Shown here in pieces: positions 1-9,600 of a DNA stretch of 64,000 nucleotides. The notes beneath the pieces are model-generated. The model saw only the letters and a program-made list of their open reading frames with translations, was not told the origin of the DNA and did not search any database. Source of the stretch: Candidatus Methylomirabilia bacterium (GTDB lineage: Bacteria > Methylomirabilota > Methylomirabilia > Rokubacteriales > CSP1-6); NCBI GenBank assembly GCA_041492755.1, contig JBGPXN010000002.1:22077-86076 (forward strand), read 5' to 3'. Each line of letters starts with the position of its first letter. Position 1 is the stretch's first letter. The position numbers and the translations under genes were made by a program.

Positions 1-13
1 CCGGCGCGCCCGC

Positions 14-1204
14 TTACTGCGTCCGCCCGCGCATGGAGGCCGGCTGGCCCGGGAGCTTGAGCTTCTTGCCGGTGTCGGTGATCGTGGTGCCGTCCACCTT
101 GAGGATGGACACGTTGCTGTCCGTATAGTTGCCGACGTAGAGGTACTTGCCGTCGGGGCTGAAGACCGCGCCCTCGGGCAGGCCGCCCACCTCGACCTCG
201 CCCACCTTGGTTACCTTCTTGTCCTCGATCTTGAGCACGGCCAGGCTGCCGTTCCTCTTGGTGTTGAACCACATGCTCTTCGGCACGCTGGCCCCACCCA
301 GGAGCACGGCCACGGCGACGTCACCCTTGGGGCTGATCACAAAGCCCTCGGGGGCATCCCCCACGACCACGCGGTCGATGACCTTCGGCGGGTTGTTCCC
401 GAGGTCGATGATGCTGACGGTGTCGATGTGGCCGTCCGGCGCGCCGGAATTGCCGTTGTCCGCGCTGATGGCGATCCGGCCGTTGGGCGTGACGTCGATG
501 TTATAGGGCCAGAGGCCCACCGGCATGTCGTGCTTGGTATAGGTCACCTTCTGCCCGTTGATCTCGAGAAGCGCGATCTTGTGCGCGGCGAACTTGGTGG
601 CGAGCGCGCGCTTGCCGTCGGGGGTGATGGCGACGGAAGCGACCTCGTCCCCCATCGCCACCGTGTCGATGAGCTTGACCTCGTTGCCCTGGATGGAGAG
701 GACGCTGATGGACTTGTCGTTCCGGTTCGCGACCAGGGCCAGGTCCCCGGCCCGGTTGATCGCCAGCCCCGAGGGCTGCTTGCCGATCTCGACGGTCGCG
801 ATATGACTCGGCGGGCTCGCCTTCAGATTGAAGACGTAGAGCTTGGTGTCGGGTGCGGGCTTCCAGGCGGCCCCGTCCGGAACCCAGTCCACGGAGTTCG
901 CCACGATGGCCAGGCGCTCGTCGGGGGTGATGGCGAGATTGGTCGGGGGGCCGAAGATCGAGTTCATCAAGGGGAAGCTCACGAGGATCTTCGGCGCCTC
1001 GCGGTCGGTGATGTCCACGACGGAGATGGTGTCCTTCCCCGGCGCGACGAATTGCCGCTTGCCCTCCGCGTCGAAGACGACCTTCGCGTCGTTGCCGATG
1101 ATCATCAAGTCGGCGTGGGCCGCGGGCACGAGCGCCGTCAGGCCCGCGACCAGAACCAGGAGCAGTTGGGGGAGGACGACGATGCTGCGGCCGTGAGGTG
1201 TCAT
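14..1204 (-). CDS. Secreted YncE/lactonase-like beta-propeller protein
   Basis: Start moved to ATG 1204 (MTPHGRS), which has a GGAGGAG RBS. Signal peptide ends AHA. Repeated PxGLAI.PDG / YV.N..S..VS blades. Confidence 0.8.
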   Translation of the reverse strand: MTPHGRSIVVLPQLLLVLVAGLTALVPAAHADLMIIGNDAKVVFDAEGKRQFVAPGKDTISVVDITDREAPKILVSFPLMNSIFGPPTNLAITPDERLAIVANSVDWVPDGAAWKPAPDTKLYVFNLKASPPSHIATVEIGKQPSGLAINRAGDLALVANRNDKSISVLSIQGNEVKLIDTVAMGDEVASVAITPDGKRALATKFAAHKIALLEINGQKVTYTKHDMPVGLWPYNIDVTPNGRIAISADNGNSGAPDGHIDTVSIIDLGNNPPKVIDRVVVGDAPEGFVISPKGDVAVAVLLGGASVPKSMWFNTKRNGSLAVLKIEDKKVTKVGEVEVGGLPEGAVFSPDGKYLYVGNYTDSNVSILKVDGTTITDTGKKLKLPGQPASMRGRTQ

Positions 1205-1396
1205 GGGAGGCTCCTCCTTGAGCGTTCTGGTCAAGATCATCGCGGGCTCTCGCCCGCCGCCGGGGGCGATGGTGGCACAAGCGCCTGCCGTCTGTATAGT
1301 AGGCGGCGCCGGAGATCCTGCTCGGCTTCGGCCCCGCGCTGTCGAAGCTGACCGACTCCGCCGCAGCGCCGCCGACCAACACGACGCACAACAGCA

Positions 1397-1618
1397 GTGC
1401 ACTACGACGATCACCCGCCACCCCCCTTCCATGTTCAATACGGCGACGACAGCGCGACAATGGATATCGACACCATGCGGATTACTGATGGTTACCTTCC
1501 GCCCCGAGTGCTCGGTTTTGTGACCGAATGGGGCGTGCGCCATCGGGCGCTGCTGCGCGAGAATTTTCGTCGCGCCCTGGAACACAGGGCGCCTGAACTC
1601 ATCCCGCCCCTGGAATGA
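1397..1618 (+). CDS. DUF4160 (DhiT/HicA-like) toxin, N-terminally truncated or degenerate
   Basis: YDDHPPPPFHVQY...G.LPPR....V.EW...H...L.ENF...IPPLE. Lacks the MP..SRF.GI N-terminus and the first motif His seen in the second copy. Confidence 0.7.
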   Translation: MHYDDHPPPPFHVQYGDDSATMDIDTMRITDGYLPPRVLGFVTEWGVRHRALLRENFRRALEHRAPELIPPLE

Positions 1619-1619
1619 T

Positions 1620-1877
1620 GTGCCGATGATCAAGCGCGTCGTGGAAGTTCGACCGCTCGGCGGTTATCGCCTCTTCATCAGGTTTGATGATGGCGTGCAA
1701 GGCGAAGTCGACATCGCGTCGTTCGTCCGCTTCGACGGCGTCTTCGAGCCGCTCCGCGATCCGGCCCGCTTCGCCGAAGCATTCGTCGATCTTGGTACGG
1801 TGTGCTGGCCCAACGAGCTCGACCTCGCTCCGGAAGTGCTGTACGAGAAGGTCTCGGGTCGCCCGCTCTCGGTCTAG
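1620..1877 (+). CDS. DUF2442 (DhiA-like) antitoxin
   Basis: VVEVRPLGGYRLFIRFDDG..GEVD...GVFEPLRDP..F...TVCWPNELDLAPEVLY; directly follows the DUF4160 gene. Confidence 0.8.
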   Translation: MPMIKRVVEVRPLGGYRLFIRFDDGVQGEVDIASFVRFDGVFEPLRDPARFAEAFVDLGTVCWPNELDLAPEVLYEKVSGRPLSV

Positions 1878-2005
1878 CTGACCCACCTCGCCGCGTCCGT
1901 TCGGACGCGTCTCTTCAAGCGCGCCACCAGCGACCGGAACTTCTGGCTGTATCGATGATTGGACATTCTCAGCGAACGCGCGGTGCCCTACGGTCTCCCA
2001 CGGCC

Positions 2006-2266
2006 ATGCCGCAGGTGAGCCGCTTCCGTGGAATCAGCGTGGAGATGTACCACGACGAGCACCCTCCGCCCCACTTTCACGTGTACTACGCGGACGAGAG
2101 CGCGATAATCGAGATCGAGACGATGCAAATCATGGGAGGGCGATTGTCACCGCGCATACATCGGCTGGTCACCGAGTGGGGCCGCCGCCGCCGTGCGCAG
2201 CTACGAGAAAACTGGCGGCGCGTTGTCGCGCACGAGCCGCCGCTCTGGATCGAGCCTGATGAGTGA
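2006..2266 (+). CDS. DUF4160 (DhiT/HicA-like) toxin
   Basis: MPQVSRFRGISVEMYHDEHPPPHFHVYY...LVTEW...LRENW. Confidence 0.85.
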   Translation: MPQVSRFRGISVEMYHDEHPPPHFHVYYADESAIIEIETMQIMGGRLSPRIHRLVTEWGRRRRAQLRENWRRVVAHEPPLWIEPDE

Positions 2267-2552
2267 CTGGTTGAGGACCGTCGTCGAGGTCAAGCCACTG
2301 GATGGGTACCGGGTCTTCTTGAGATTCGATGACGGCCTGGAAGGCGAGCTGGACCTCGAAGTCTTTCTCATGCCGTTCAAAGGTGTATTCGCGCCGCTCC
2401 GTGACCTCGCGCGTTTCCGCGAGGTCTTCGTTGATTGTCACACCGCATCGTGGCCGAACGGCGCCGATATCGCTCCGGAGGTCCTGTACTCCCAGGTCTC
2501 CGGTCGGCCGCTCCGCCGGCCGACCCACACTAAGGCAGAAGGTGGCCGATGA
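2259..2552 (+). CDS. DUF2442 (DhiA-like) antitoxin
   Basis: VVEVKPLDGYRVFLRFDDG.EGELD...GVFAPLRD...WPNGADIAPEVLY; start overlaps the end of the upstream gene. Confidence 0.85.
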   Translation: MSDWLRTVVEVKPLDGYRVFLRFDDGLEGELDLEVFLMPFKGVFAPLRDLARFREVFVDCHTASWPNGADIAPEVLYSQVSGRPLRRPTHTKAEGGR

Positions 2553-2744
2553 GGTAGAAGATCGCGCTGCGGAAGACGGACGAAGGTTACAGCGTGTCGG
2601 TCCCCGGCCTGCCGGGCTGTTTCGCAAGGTGCCACAGAGGATGAAGCCCGTGCGAACGTCCGGGACGCAATCCAGGAGTATCTGGCGGCTCGCGACCAGC
2701 TTCTGGATGGGGCTACCGTGCGCGAGGTCGAAGTCACTACGTAG
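2549..2744 (+). pseudogene. HicB-family antitoxin pseudogene
   Basis: Manual translation: MR*KIALRKTDEGYSVSVPGLPGC / frameshift / SQGATEDEARANVRDAIQEYL...VREVEV*. In-frame TAG at codon 3 and a frameshift near 2620. Confidence 0.8.
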
Positions 2745-2770
2745 GCGGGTCCGGTATTACCGACACGAAC

Positions 2771-3118
2771 TCAGCGCGATCCGCTGTGAGTCTCCGCCAG
2801 CTCGACGAACCGGCAGAGCGCGTTGATGAGCCGCATCTGATCCACCGTCCTCGCCCGTGACTCCAGCAGCCGTGGGCTTGCCACCACGTACGCCAGACAC
2901 CGCGCGCGCGACACCGCCACGTTGAGGCGGTTCCGGGAAAGGAGGAACTCGAGACTGCGCGGCACGTCCTCCGCGCTCGACGTCGCCATCGAATAGAAGA
3001 CCACCGCCGCCTCGCGCCCCTGGAACTTGTCGACCGTGCCGGCCTGAACGCGGCAGAGTCCGGCGGCATCCAGAGCCTGGCGCAGCCGGCGCACTTGCGC
3101 GTTGTACAGCGCGACCAA
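2771..3118 (-). pseudogene. C-terminal fragment of an SF1 helicase (AAA_12, RecB-like nuclease-helicase type)
   Basis: YNAQV...GTVDKFQGREA.VVFYSM...NRLNVAVSRAR are SF1 motifs IV-VI only; there is no N-terminal P-loop. Confidence 0.75.
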
Positions 3119-3349
3119 TAGCTCCCGGCATGTTCTGCTACCGGGTTGCTACCAGACCACGCGGGACCACGCGGCATCACGCGAGTCACGGACTACCCCT
3201 GATCGTTGGTGTTCTGCGGGGTTTGAGGTGTCGTGGGGCGGCGTGGTGTGGTCCGAAGAGCAACGGCGGGCACCGCCGACTGATGGTGCGCCCAACCCGG
3301 CGTTATGCTCACTCTATGTAACTCTCGATCGCTCGGTACGAATCCACCA

Positions 3350-3401
3350 GGGCGGACTTACAAGGCCGAGGTCGCAGGTTCGATCCCTGCTCCGCCTGCC
3401 A
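3350..3401 (+). pseudogene. tRNA-Val(TAC) remnant lacking the D-arm
   Basis: GGGCGGA-CTTACAA-GGCCG-AGGTC-GCAGG-TTCGATC-CCTGC-TCCGCCT-G-CCA. Acceptor stem, T-arm and CCA are present; the D-arm and 5' anticodon strand are missing. Confidence 0.75.
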
Positions 3402-3430
3402 TCCCACCTTCATGTCGGGAGAGCGAACCC

Positions 3431-3916
3431 ATGGCACGAACGAAACGGGGAAGGGACTTTCTGGAGTGGCTCGCGCGATTGGTGACGGACTGGACGGGGC
3501 GGTCGGCGGCGTTCGCGCTGGCGCTCGGCACGATCGCCGTGTGGGGACTGACCGGGCCGCTCTTCGGCTTCTCCGACACGTGGCAGCTCGTCATCAACAC
3601 CGGCACGACGATCGTGACGTTTCTCATGGTGTTCCTGATTCAGCGCGCGCAGAACAAGGACGCGCTGGCGATCCACCTCAAGCTCAACGAGATCGTGGCC
3701 GCGCTCGAAGGCGCCAGCAACCGGCTCATCGCCGTCGAGGATCTGACCGAGCACGAGATCCAGGTCCTGCACGCGCACTTCCGCCAGCTCGCCGTCATGG
3801 CCAAGCGTGACGACGTGCTGACGCGGTCGCATTCGGTGGAGGAGGCCGAGCGGCGGCACGTCTACAAGCGGCGGCGCCGAGCGGTCGCCGACAAGGGCGA
3901 GGCGGCGAAGTCCTGA
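3431..3916 (+). CDS. Low-affinity iron permease family protein
   Basis: GP.FGFSDTWQLVINTGTTIVTFLMVFLIQRAQNKD..AIHLKLNE signature. Confidence 0.9.
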   Translation: MARTKRGRDFLEWLARLVTDWTGRSAAFALALGTIAVWGLTGPLFGFSDTWQLVINTGTTIVTFLMVFLIQRAQNKDALAIHLKLNEIVAALEGASNRLIAVEDLTEHEIQVLHAHFRQLAVMAKRDDVLTRSHSVEEAERRHVYKRRRRAVADKGEAAKS

Positions 3917-4260
3917 GCGCGGTGAGACGCGTCGCGCGTCAGCCCGGGAGCGTGCGACGGAAAAAGCGCGTCATGTCGTCGCGGAACAGGGCGGCCTGAT
4001 CGCCCTGCGAGCCAGCACCCTCACCGCCGCCGCGACGTCGAACGCCGAGGCCGCGAACGAATACTGCGTCGGGTTCGACACCGTCGAGGTGACGTTGCGG
4101 GGCCCGAAGGAATCGAGCACGAAGGCCGCGATGCCGAGCATCATAGTCTTCAGGAACCGCGTCCCGACCGCCTCCGGGGTGGGGCCACGCGTCGGGGGGC
4201 GCCGCACCTTCGTCAACGTTGTCTACGACACCCGCGATCAGGTCGATGGAGGGACGCGCC

Positions 4261-4653
4261 ATGGCCGCCGAACTCACGGTGATCCTGCGGGACGAGCCCG
4301 GTACCCTGGCCCGGCTCGCGGCGGCCCTGGGCGCCGCCCGGGTGAACATCGAAGCCATCCTGGGTTCGTCCCGTGAAGGCCATGGCGTCGTCCAGTTCGT
4401 GCCCAGCGAGCCCGACCGGGCCGCGCGTGCCCTCGACGCGGCCGGAATCGTCTACACCCGGCGCGAAGTCCTCATCGTCAGGGTCCTCGACGAACCCGGC
4501 ACGCTGGGCGACGTGGCGCTGGTGATGTCGACGGCGGGCATCAACATCGATTCGGTCTATGCCACCACGCGCGGGCACATCGTGCTCGGCGTCGACGACC
4601 TGGATGGTGCCATCCAGGTCGCGGGCGGCATGGCGGTGATGATGCCCGATTGA
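4261..4653 (+). CDS. Tandem ACT-domain protein
   Basis: Two D.PGTL...L..A.INI repeats; GGAGG RBS. Confidence 0.85.
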   Translation: MAAELTVILRDEPGTLARLAAALGAARVNIEAILGSSREGHGVVQFVPSEPDRAARALDAAGIVYTRREVLIVRVLDEPGTLGDVALVMSTAGINIDSVYATTRGHIVLGVDDLDGAIQVAGGMAVMMPD

Positions 4654-4801
4654 GTACATGGGGGGCCCCGATAGGGCCCCCCATACCCCCCAAGACGCTC
4701 GGCGCGCCCCGGGGAACCCGTGGCGCGCCTCGAAACCCCTCAGCGCTCGGAGCGCCGCGGCGGAGCCGTGGCGCTCCTCGAATTCCCTCACACCCTCTGA
4801 G
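4651..4801. repeat. Palindromic intergenic repeat / MITE-like element, copy 1
   Basis: Shares both ends with 18921-19051. GGGGGGCCC...GGGCCCCCC hairpin; bounded by TGAG at both ends. Confidence 0.8.
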
Positions 4802-4826
4802 CGAAGTCGGTCTGGCGGCGCCGGCC

Positions 4827-4844
4827 ATATGACCTACGTCATAC
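4827..4844. promoter_or_regulatory. CRP/FNR-family-like operator upstream of the nxr-like operon
   Basis: TATGAC-CTAC-GTCATA has perfectly complementary 6-bp arms with N4 spacing, ~70 bp upstream of ATG 4912. A near-identical site lies at 14225-14242. Confidence 0.55.
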
Positions 4845-4911
4845 CGGCGCTCGCGCGATCGCGGGCAATGTGCGGGTGAGCCTCGGAGTGCGGGAGCAAG
4901 GAGGGCGCCCG

Positions 4912-6600
4912 ATGCCTCTGCGAGTGCGGCTGGTGATCCCGCTGTCGGTGGTTGCGTCGTTGGCGGCCGGGCTGTTCGGGTGTACGACCTCCCAGCCGGC
5001 ACCTCCGTCGGCCGGAAGGCCGCCTGCCGTGGTCGGCGCGGGTGGGGCCGTGCAGTCGGGCACCGGCCAGCCGCTACCCGTGAAGCTCACGCCGTCTGTC
5101 ACGCGGGAGGCGACGCCGGCGCTCCTCGCCCTCGGCCGGCGCGTTTACGACAAGCAATGCGCGGCCTGCCACGGCACGACGGGGCGCGGCGACGGCGAGG
5201 CCGCCTACCTGCTGTATCCGAAGCCGCGCGACTTCACCACCGGCAACTACCGCAACGTCTCGACGTGGGAGCGCGCGCCGACGGACGAGGACCTCTACCT
5301 GACGGTCTCGCGGGGGATGCCGGGGTCGGCGATGCCGTCGTGGGGCCATCTGCCGGAGGACGAGCGCTGGGCCCTCGTCCACTACGTCAAGGGCTTCGCG
5401 GCCAAGCCGTGGACGATCGCGCCCGCCGTGGACGCCAAGGGCGAGGGGCAGACGGGCACGGGTGTCATTCGCGTCCCGCCCGCGCCGCCCTTCACCCCGG
5501 AGGCCAAGGCGCTCGCGCTCGAGCGGTACGCCGACGCGTGTGCGGCGTGCCACGGCAAGACGGGCAAGGGCGACGGCACCGAGGAGCAGAAGGACGATCT
5601 CGGCTACCCGACGCGCCCGCGCGACCTGACCCTCGGCGTCTTCAAGGGCTCGCCCGACCCCGCGCACCTCTACCGTAGAATCGTCGCGGGGCTGCCGGGG
5701 ACGCCGATGCCGATGAGCGACTGGGCATACGGGGCCGAGGCGTGGCACCTCGTGAACCTGATCCGCTCCTGGTCGAGCGACAGCCAGCGCCGGCGCGCCG
5801 AGATGCAGAAGTTTCGCATCGTCGCCCGTCGTGTCCCGCAACTTCCGGAGCATCCCGACTCGGGGCTCTGGCGTCTGGCCCAGCCCGTGAACCTCCACGT
5901 GATGCCGCTCTGGTGGAGGACGGACCGGCCCGAGGAGATCACGGTGCGCGCGCTCCACGACGGCAGGCAGTTGGCGCTGCTCGCCGTGTGGTCAGACGCG
6001 ACCCACGACCACACGGCCATGCGGCCGCAGGACTTCCGCGACGCGGTGGCCGTGCAGTTCGCGCTCGATCCCGATCCGCCGTTCTTCGCGATGGGCAACC
6101 GCGACGGGTTCGTCAACATCTGGATGTGGAAGTCCGAGCGTCAGGCCGACATCGAGCCCGCATTCCAGGATCTCGAGAAGATCTACCCGAACCTCGGCAT
6201 CGACTCCTATCCGAACTCGAAGGTGGCGGCCGCCGAGCAGCCCACGCGGCACGCGCTCACGCTCGGCTCGGACCCCGTCTTCATCAGCGGCTGGGCGGCG
6301 GGCAACATCGTCTCGGACCCGGCGCGGACGAGCCCGGCCGAGGACCTCGTCGCCCAGGGGTTCGGCACGCTCCGGGCCCGCCCGCGCGCCGATCAGGCGG
6401 TGGACGCGCGCGGCGTGTACGCCACCGATACCTACCGCGTGATGTTCCGTCGCGACCTGGTCGGTCGGGGCGGGCGGACGGTGACGCTCCGGCCGGGGAC
6501 GACGGTGCCGGTCGGCTTCGCCGTGTGGAACGGCAGCGCCGGCGACCGCGACGGCAAGAAGTCGGTCACGATCTGGCAGGACCTCGTGCTCGAGCCGTGA
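4912..6600 (+). CDS. Diheme cytochrome c fused to an ethylbenzene-dehydrogenase-gamma-like heme domain (NxrC-like), probable lipoprotein
   Basis: LFGC lipobox-like motif and two CAACH motifs. C-terminal W.D.T...FRDAVAVQF...MG...VNIW.WK...A.GFGTL...FAVWNGS.GDRDGKK. Confidence 0.85.
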   Translation: MPLRVRLVIPLSVVASLAAGLFGCTTSQPAPPSAGRPPAVVGAGGAVQSGTGQPLPVKLTPSVTREATPALLALGRRVYDKQCAACHGTTGRGDGEAAYLLYPKPRDFTTGNYRNVSTWERAPTDEDLYLTVSRGMPGSAMPSWGHLPEDERWALVHYVKGFAAKPWTIAPAVDAKGEGQTGTGVIRVPPAPPFTPEAKALALERYADACAACHGKTGKGDGTEEQKDDLGYPTRPRDLTLGVFKGSPDPAHLYRRIVAGLPGTPMPMSDWAYGAEAWHLVNLIRSWSSDSQRRRAEMQKFRIVARRVPQLPEHPDSGLWRLAQPVNLHVMPLWWRTDRPEEITVRALHDGRQLALLAVWSDATHDHTAMRPQDFRDAVAVQFALDPDPPFFAMGNRDGFVNIWMWKSERQADIEPAFQDLEKIYPNLGIDSYPNSKVAAAEQPTRHALTLGSDPVFISGWAAGNIVSDPARTSPAEDLVAQGFGTLRARPRADQAVDARGVYATDTYRVMFRRDLVGRGGRTVTLRPGTTVPVGFAVWNGSAGDRDGKKSVTIWQDLVLEP

Positions 6601-6623
6601 CGGCACACCGGGAGGAGACCACG

Positions 6624-9600
6624 ATGAGCGGAATGGAGCGCCGGGAGTTTCTCCGCTGGCTCGGCATCGGCGCCGGCACGGCCGCCGCGACGGAGCTCTC
6701 GCTACCGCTGAAGCTGCTCGCGGCCGCCGACCCCGACGAAAACCCGCTGGCGGGCTCGGTCGCGCGCGACTGGGAAAAGGTGTACCGCGACCAGTACACC
6801 TACGACCGGTCGTTCGACTGGGTCTGCTCGCCGAACGACACCCACGCCTGCCGCGTACGCGCGTTCGTGCGCAACGGGATCGTCACGCGGCTCGGCAACA
6901 CCTACGACTACCAGACGTACGCCGATCTCGACGGCAACCACGCCACGGCGAACTGGAACCCGCGCCAGTGCGCCAAGGGCTACACCTTCCACCGGGTGCT
7001 CTACGGGCCCTACCGCCTCAAGCACCCGATCGTGCGCAAGGGCTGGAAGGCGTGGGCCGACGCCGGCTTCCCCGAGCTGACGGACGAGCTCCGGTCGAAG
7101 TATATGTTCGACAGCCGTGGCCAGGACGAGTTCGTCCAGATCTCGTGGGAGGACGCGTTCACCAGCATCGCGCGGGCGCTCGTCGCGATCGCCGAGCGGT
7201 ACAGCGGCGAGGCGGGCAAGGCACGCCTGCTCGCGCAGGGCTACCAGCCCGAGATGGTCGAGGCGATGGGCGGAGCCGGCACGCGCACGCTCAAGATGCG
7301 GGGCGGCATGGGCCTCCTCGGGGTCATCGGCAAGTACGGGATGTACCGGCTCAACAATTCCCTGGCCCTGCTCGACGCCCAGATCCGCCGCGTGGGCCCG
7401 AAGGACGCGAAGGCCGGCCGCAACTGGTCCAACTACACCTGGCACGGCGACCAGGCGCCGGGTCATCCGTGGGTGCACGGGCTGCAGGCGTCCGACTGCG
7501 ACTTCAACGACCTCCGCTTCTCGAAGCTCATCATCATGGACGGCAAGAACCTCGTGGAGAACAAGCTCACTGACTCCCACTGGTTCATCGAGACCATGGA
7601 GCGCGGCGCCAAGATCGTGGTGATCGCGCCGGAGTACGGTCCCCCGTCGACGAAGGCCGATTACTGGATCCCGATCCGACCGCAAACGGACGCGGCGCTC
7701 TGGCTCGGCGTCACGCGCCTCATGATCGACAACGGGTGGTACGACGAACCGTTCGTCACGGCGTTCACCGACTTTCCGCTCCTGGTCCGCACGGATACGC
7801 TGAAGCGCCTGCGGGCCCACGAGCTGTTCCCGGGCTACGTGACGACGCTCGCGCCGGACGGCCCGTCGATGAAGATCCAGGGTCTCACGGCCGACCAGCA
7901 TGCCAGGCTCGGCGACTACGTGATCTGGGACGAGCAGGCCCAGACGCCACGGGCCCTCACGCGCGACGACGTCGGCGCGAGCATGCGGTCGAAAGGCCTC
8001 CAGCCCGCGCTCGAGGGAACGTGGAAGGTGAAGCTCGTCGACGGCAAGGAGGTCGAGGTCGCGACGCTCTGGACGCTCTACCGCACTCACCTGAAGGACT
8101 ACGACCTGGACACCGTCGCCGAGATCACGCATGCGCCGAGGGACCTGATCCGCCAGCTCGCCCAGGACATCGGCGCGATGAAGCCGGTCTCGATCCACCA
8201 GGGCGAGGGGATCAACCACTGGTTCCACGCGACCGAGATGAACCGCGCGGCGTACCTGCCGCTCATGCTCACGGGGAACATCGGCAAGCCCGGCGCGGGC
8301 TGCCACACCTGGGCGGGGAACTACAAGGCCGCCCTGTTCCAGGGCTCGGCCGAGACCGGGCCGGGCTTCAAGGGCTGGGTGGCCGAGGATCCGTTCCACC
8401 CCAACCTCGATCCCGCCGCGCACGGGCGCGCCGTCGAGACCCACGCGTACACGAAGGACGAGGAGCCCGCGTACTGGAACCACGGCGACCTCGCGCTGAT
8501 CGTGAACACGCCGAAGTTCGGCCGCCGGAACTTCACGGGTGACACCCACATGCCGACGCCGAGCAAGGCGATCATCTTCAGCAACGTCAACTTGATCAAC
8601 AACGCCAAGTGGGCGTACGGCATCATCAAGAACGTGAACCCCAAGGTGGAGATGATCTGCGCGATCGACCTCCAGATGACGGCGTCGATCGAGTACGCGG
8701 ATATCGCGCTGCCGGCCAATAGCTGGCTCGAATTCGAGGACCTGGAGATCACGGCTTCCTGCTCGAATCCATTCCTGCAGATCTGGAAGGGCGGCATCCC
8801 GCCGGTCTTCGACAGCCGCGACGACCTGATGATCCTGGCCGGGATCGCGCAGGCGCTGGCCGAGGTGACCGGCGACCGGCGCTTCGCCGACTACTTCAAG
8901 TTCGCGCTCGAGGGCAAGCGCGCGGTCTACATCCAGCGGCTGCTGGACACGTGCACGACCACGGCCGGCTACCGGCTCGACGATGTCATGGCCGGCAAGT
9001 ACGGGCCTCCCGGTGGCGCGCTCATGCTCTTTCGCACGTATCCGCGCATCCCGTTCTGGGAGCAGGTCCACGACTCCCTGCCGTTCCACACCGACACCGG
9101 GCGGCTGCACGCCTACGCCGACGTCCAGGAGGCGATCGACTACGGCGAGAACTTCATCGTTCACCGCGAAGGCCCGGAGGCGACGCCGTACCTGCCGAAC
9201 GTCATCGTGTCGTCCAATCCCTGGATCCGCGCCGAGGACTACGGCATCCCCCTCGGCGCCGAGCACTGGGACGAGCGGACGATCCGCAACGTCAAGCTGC
9301 CGTGGAGCCAGGTGAAGGGGACGAAGAACTTCCTCTGGGAGAAGGGCTTCCGCTTCTACTGCCTCACGCCGAAGACCCGCCACCGGGTCCACTCGAGCTG
9401 GTCGAACGTGGACTGGCACATGCTGTACGACTCGAATTTCGGCGACCCGTACCGCCTGGACAAGCGGGCGCCGTCGGTTGGCGAGCACCAGTTGCACATG
9501 AACCCGCAGGCGGCGCGCGACCTGGGCGTCAACGATGGTGACTACGTGTACGTGGACGCGAATCCCGCCGACCGGCCGTATCTGGGCGCCCGGCCCGACG

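Noticed and set aside
1205..1633. N-terminal extension of the beta-propeller ORF
   Set aside because: It is antisense to the DUF4160 gene; the RBS and signal peptide support the start at 1204.
3939..4260. Short ORFs between the iron permease and ACT genes
   Set aside because: No convincing start or motif; possibly a hydrolase C-terminal remnant, but this cannot be supported.
5742..6623. N-terminal extension making NxrA 1442 aa
   Set aside because: It overlaps the cytochrome gene in another frame; the RBS and Tat motif place the start at 6624.
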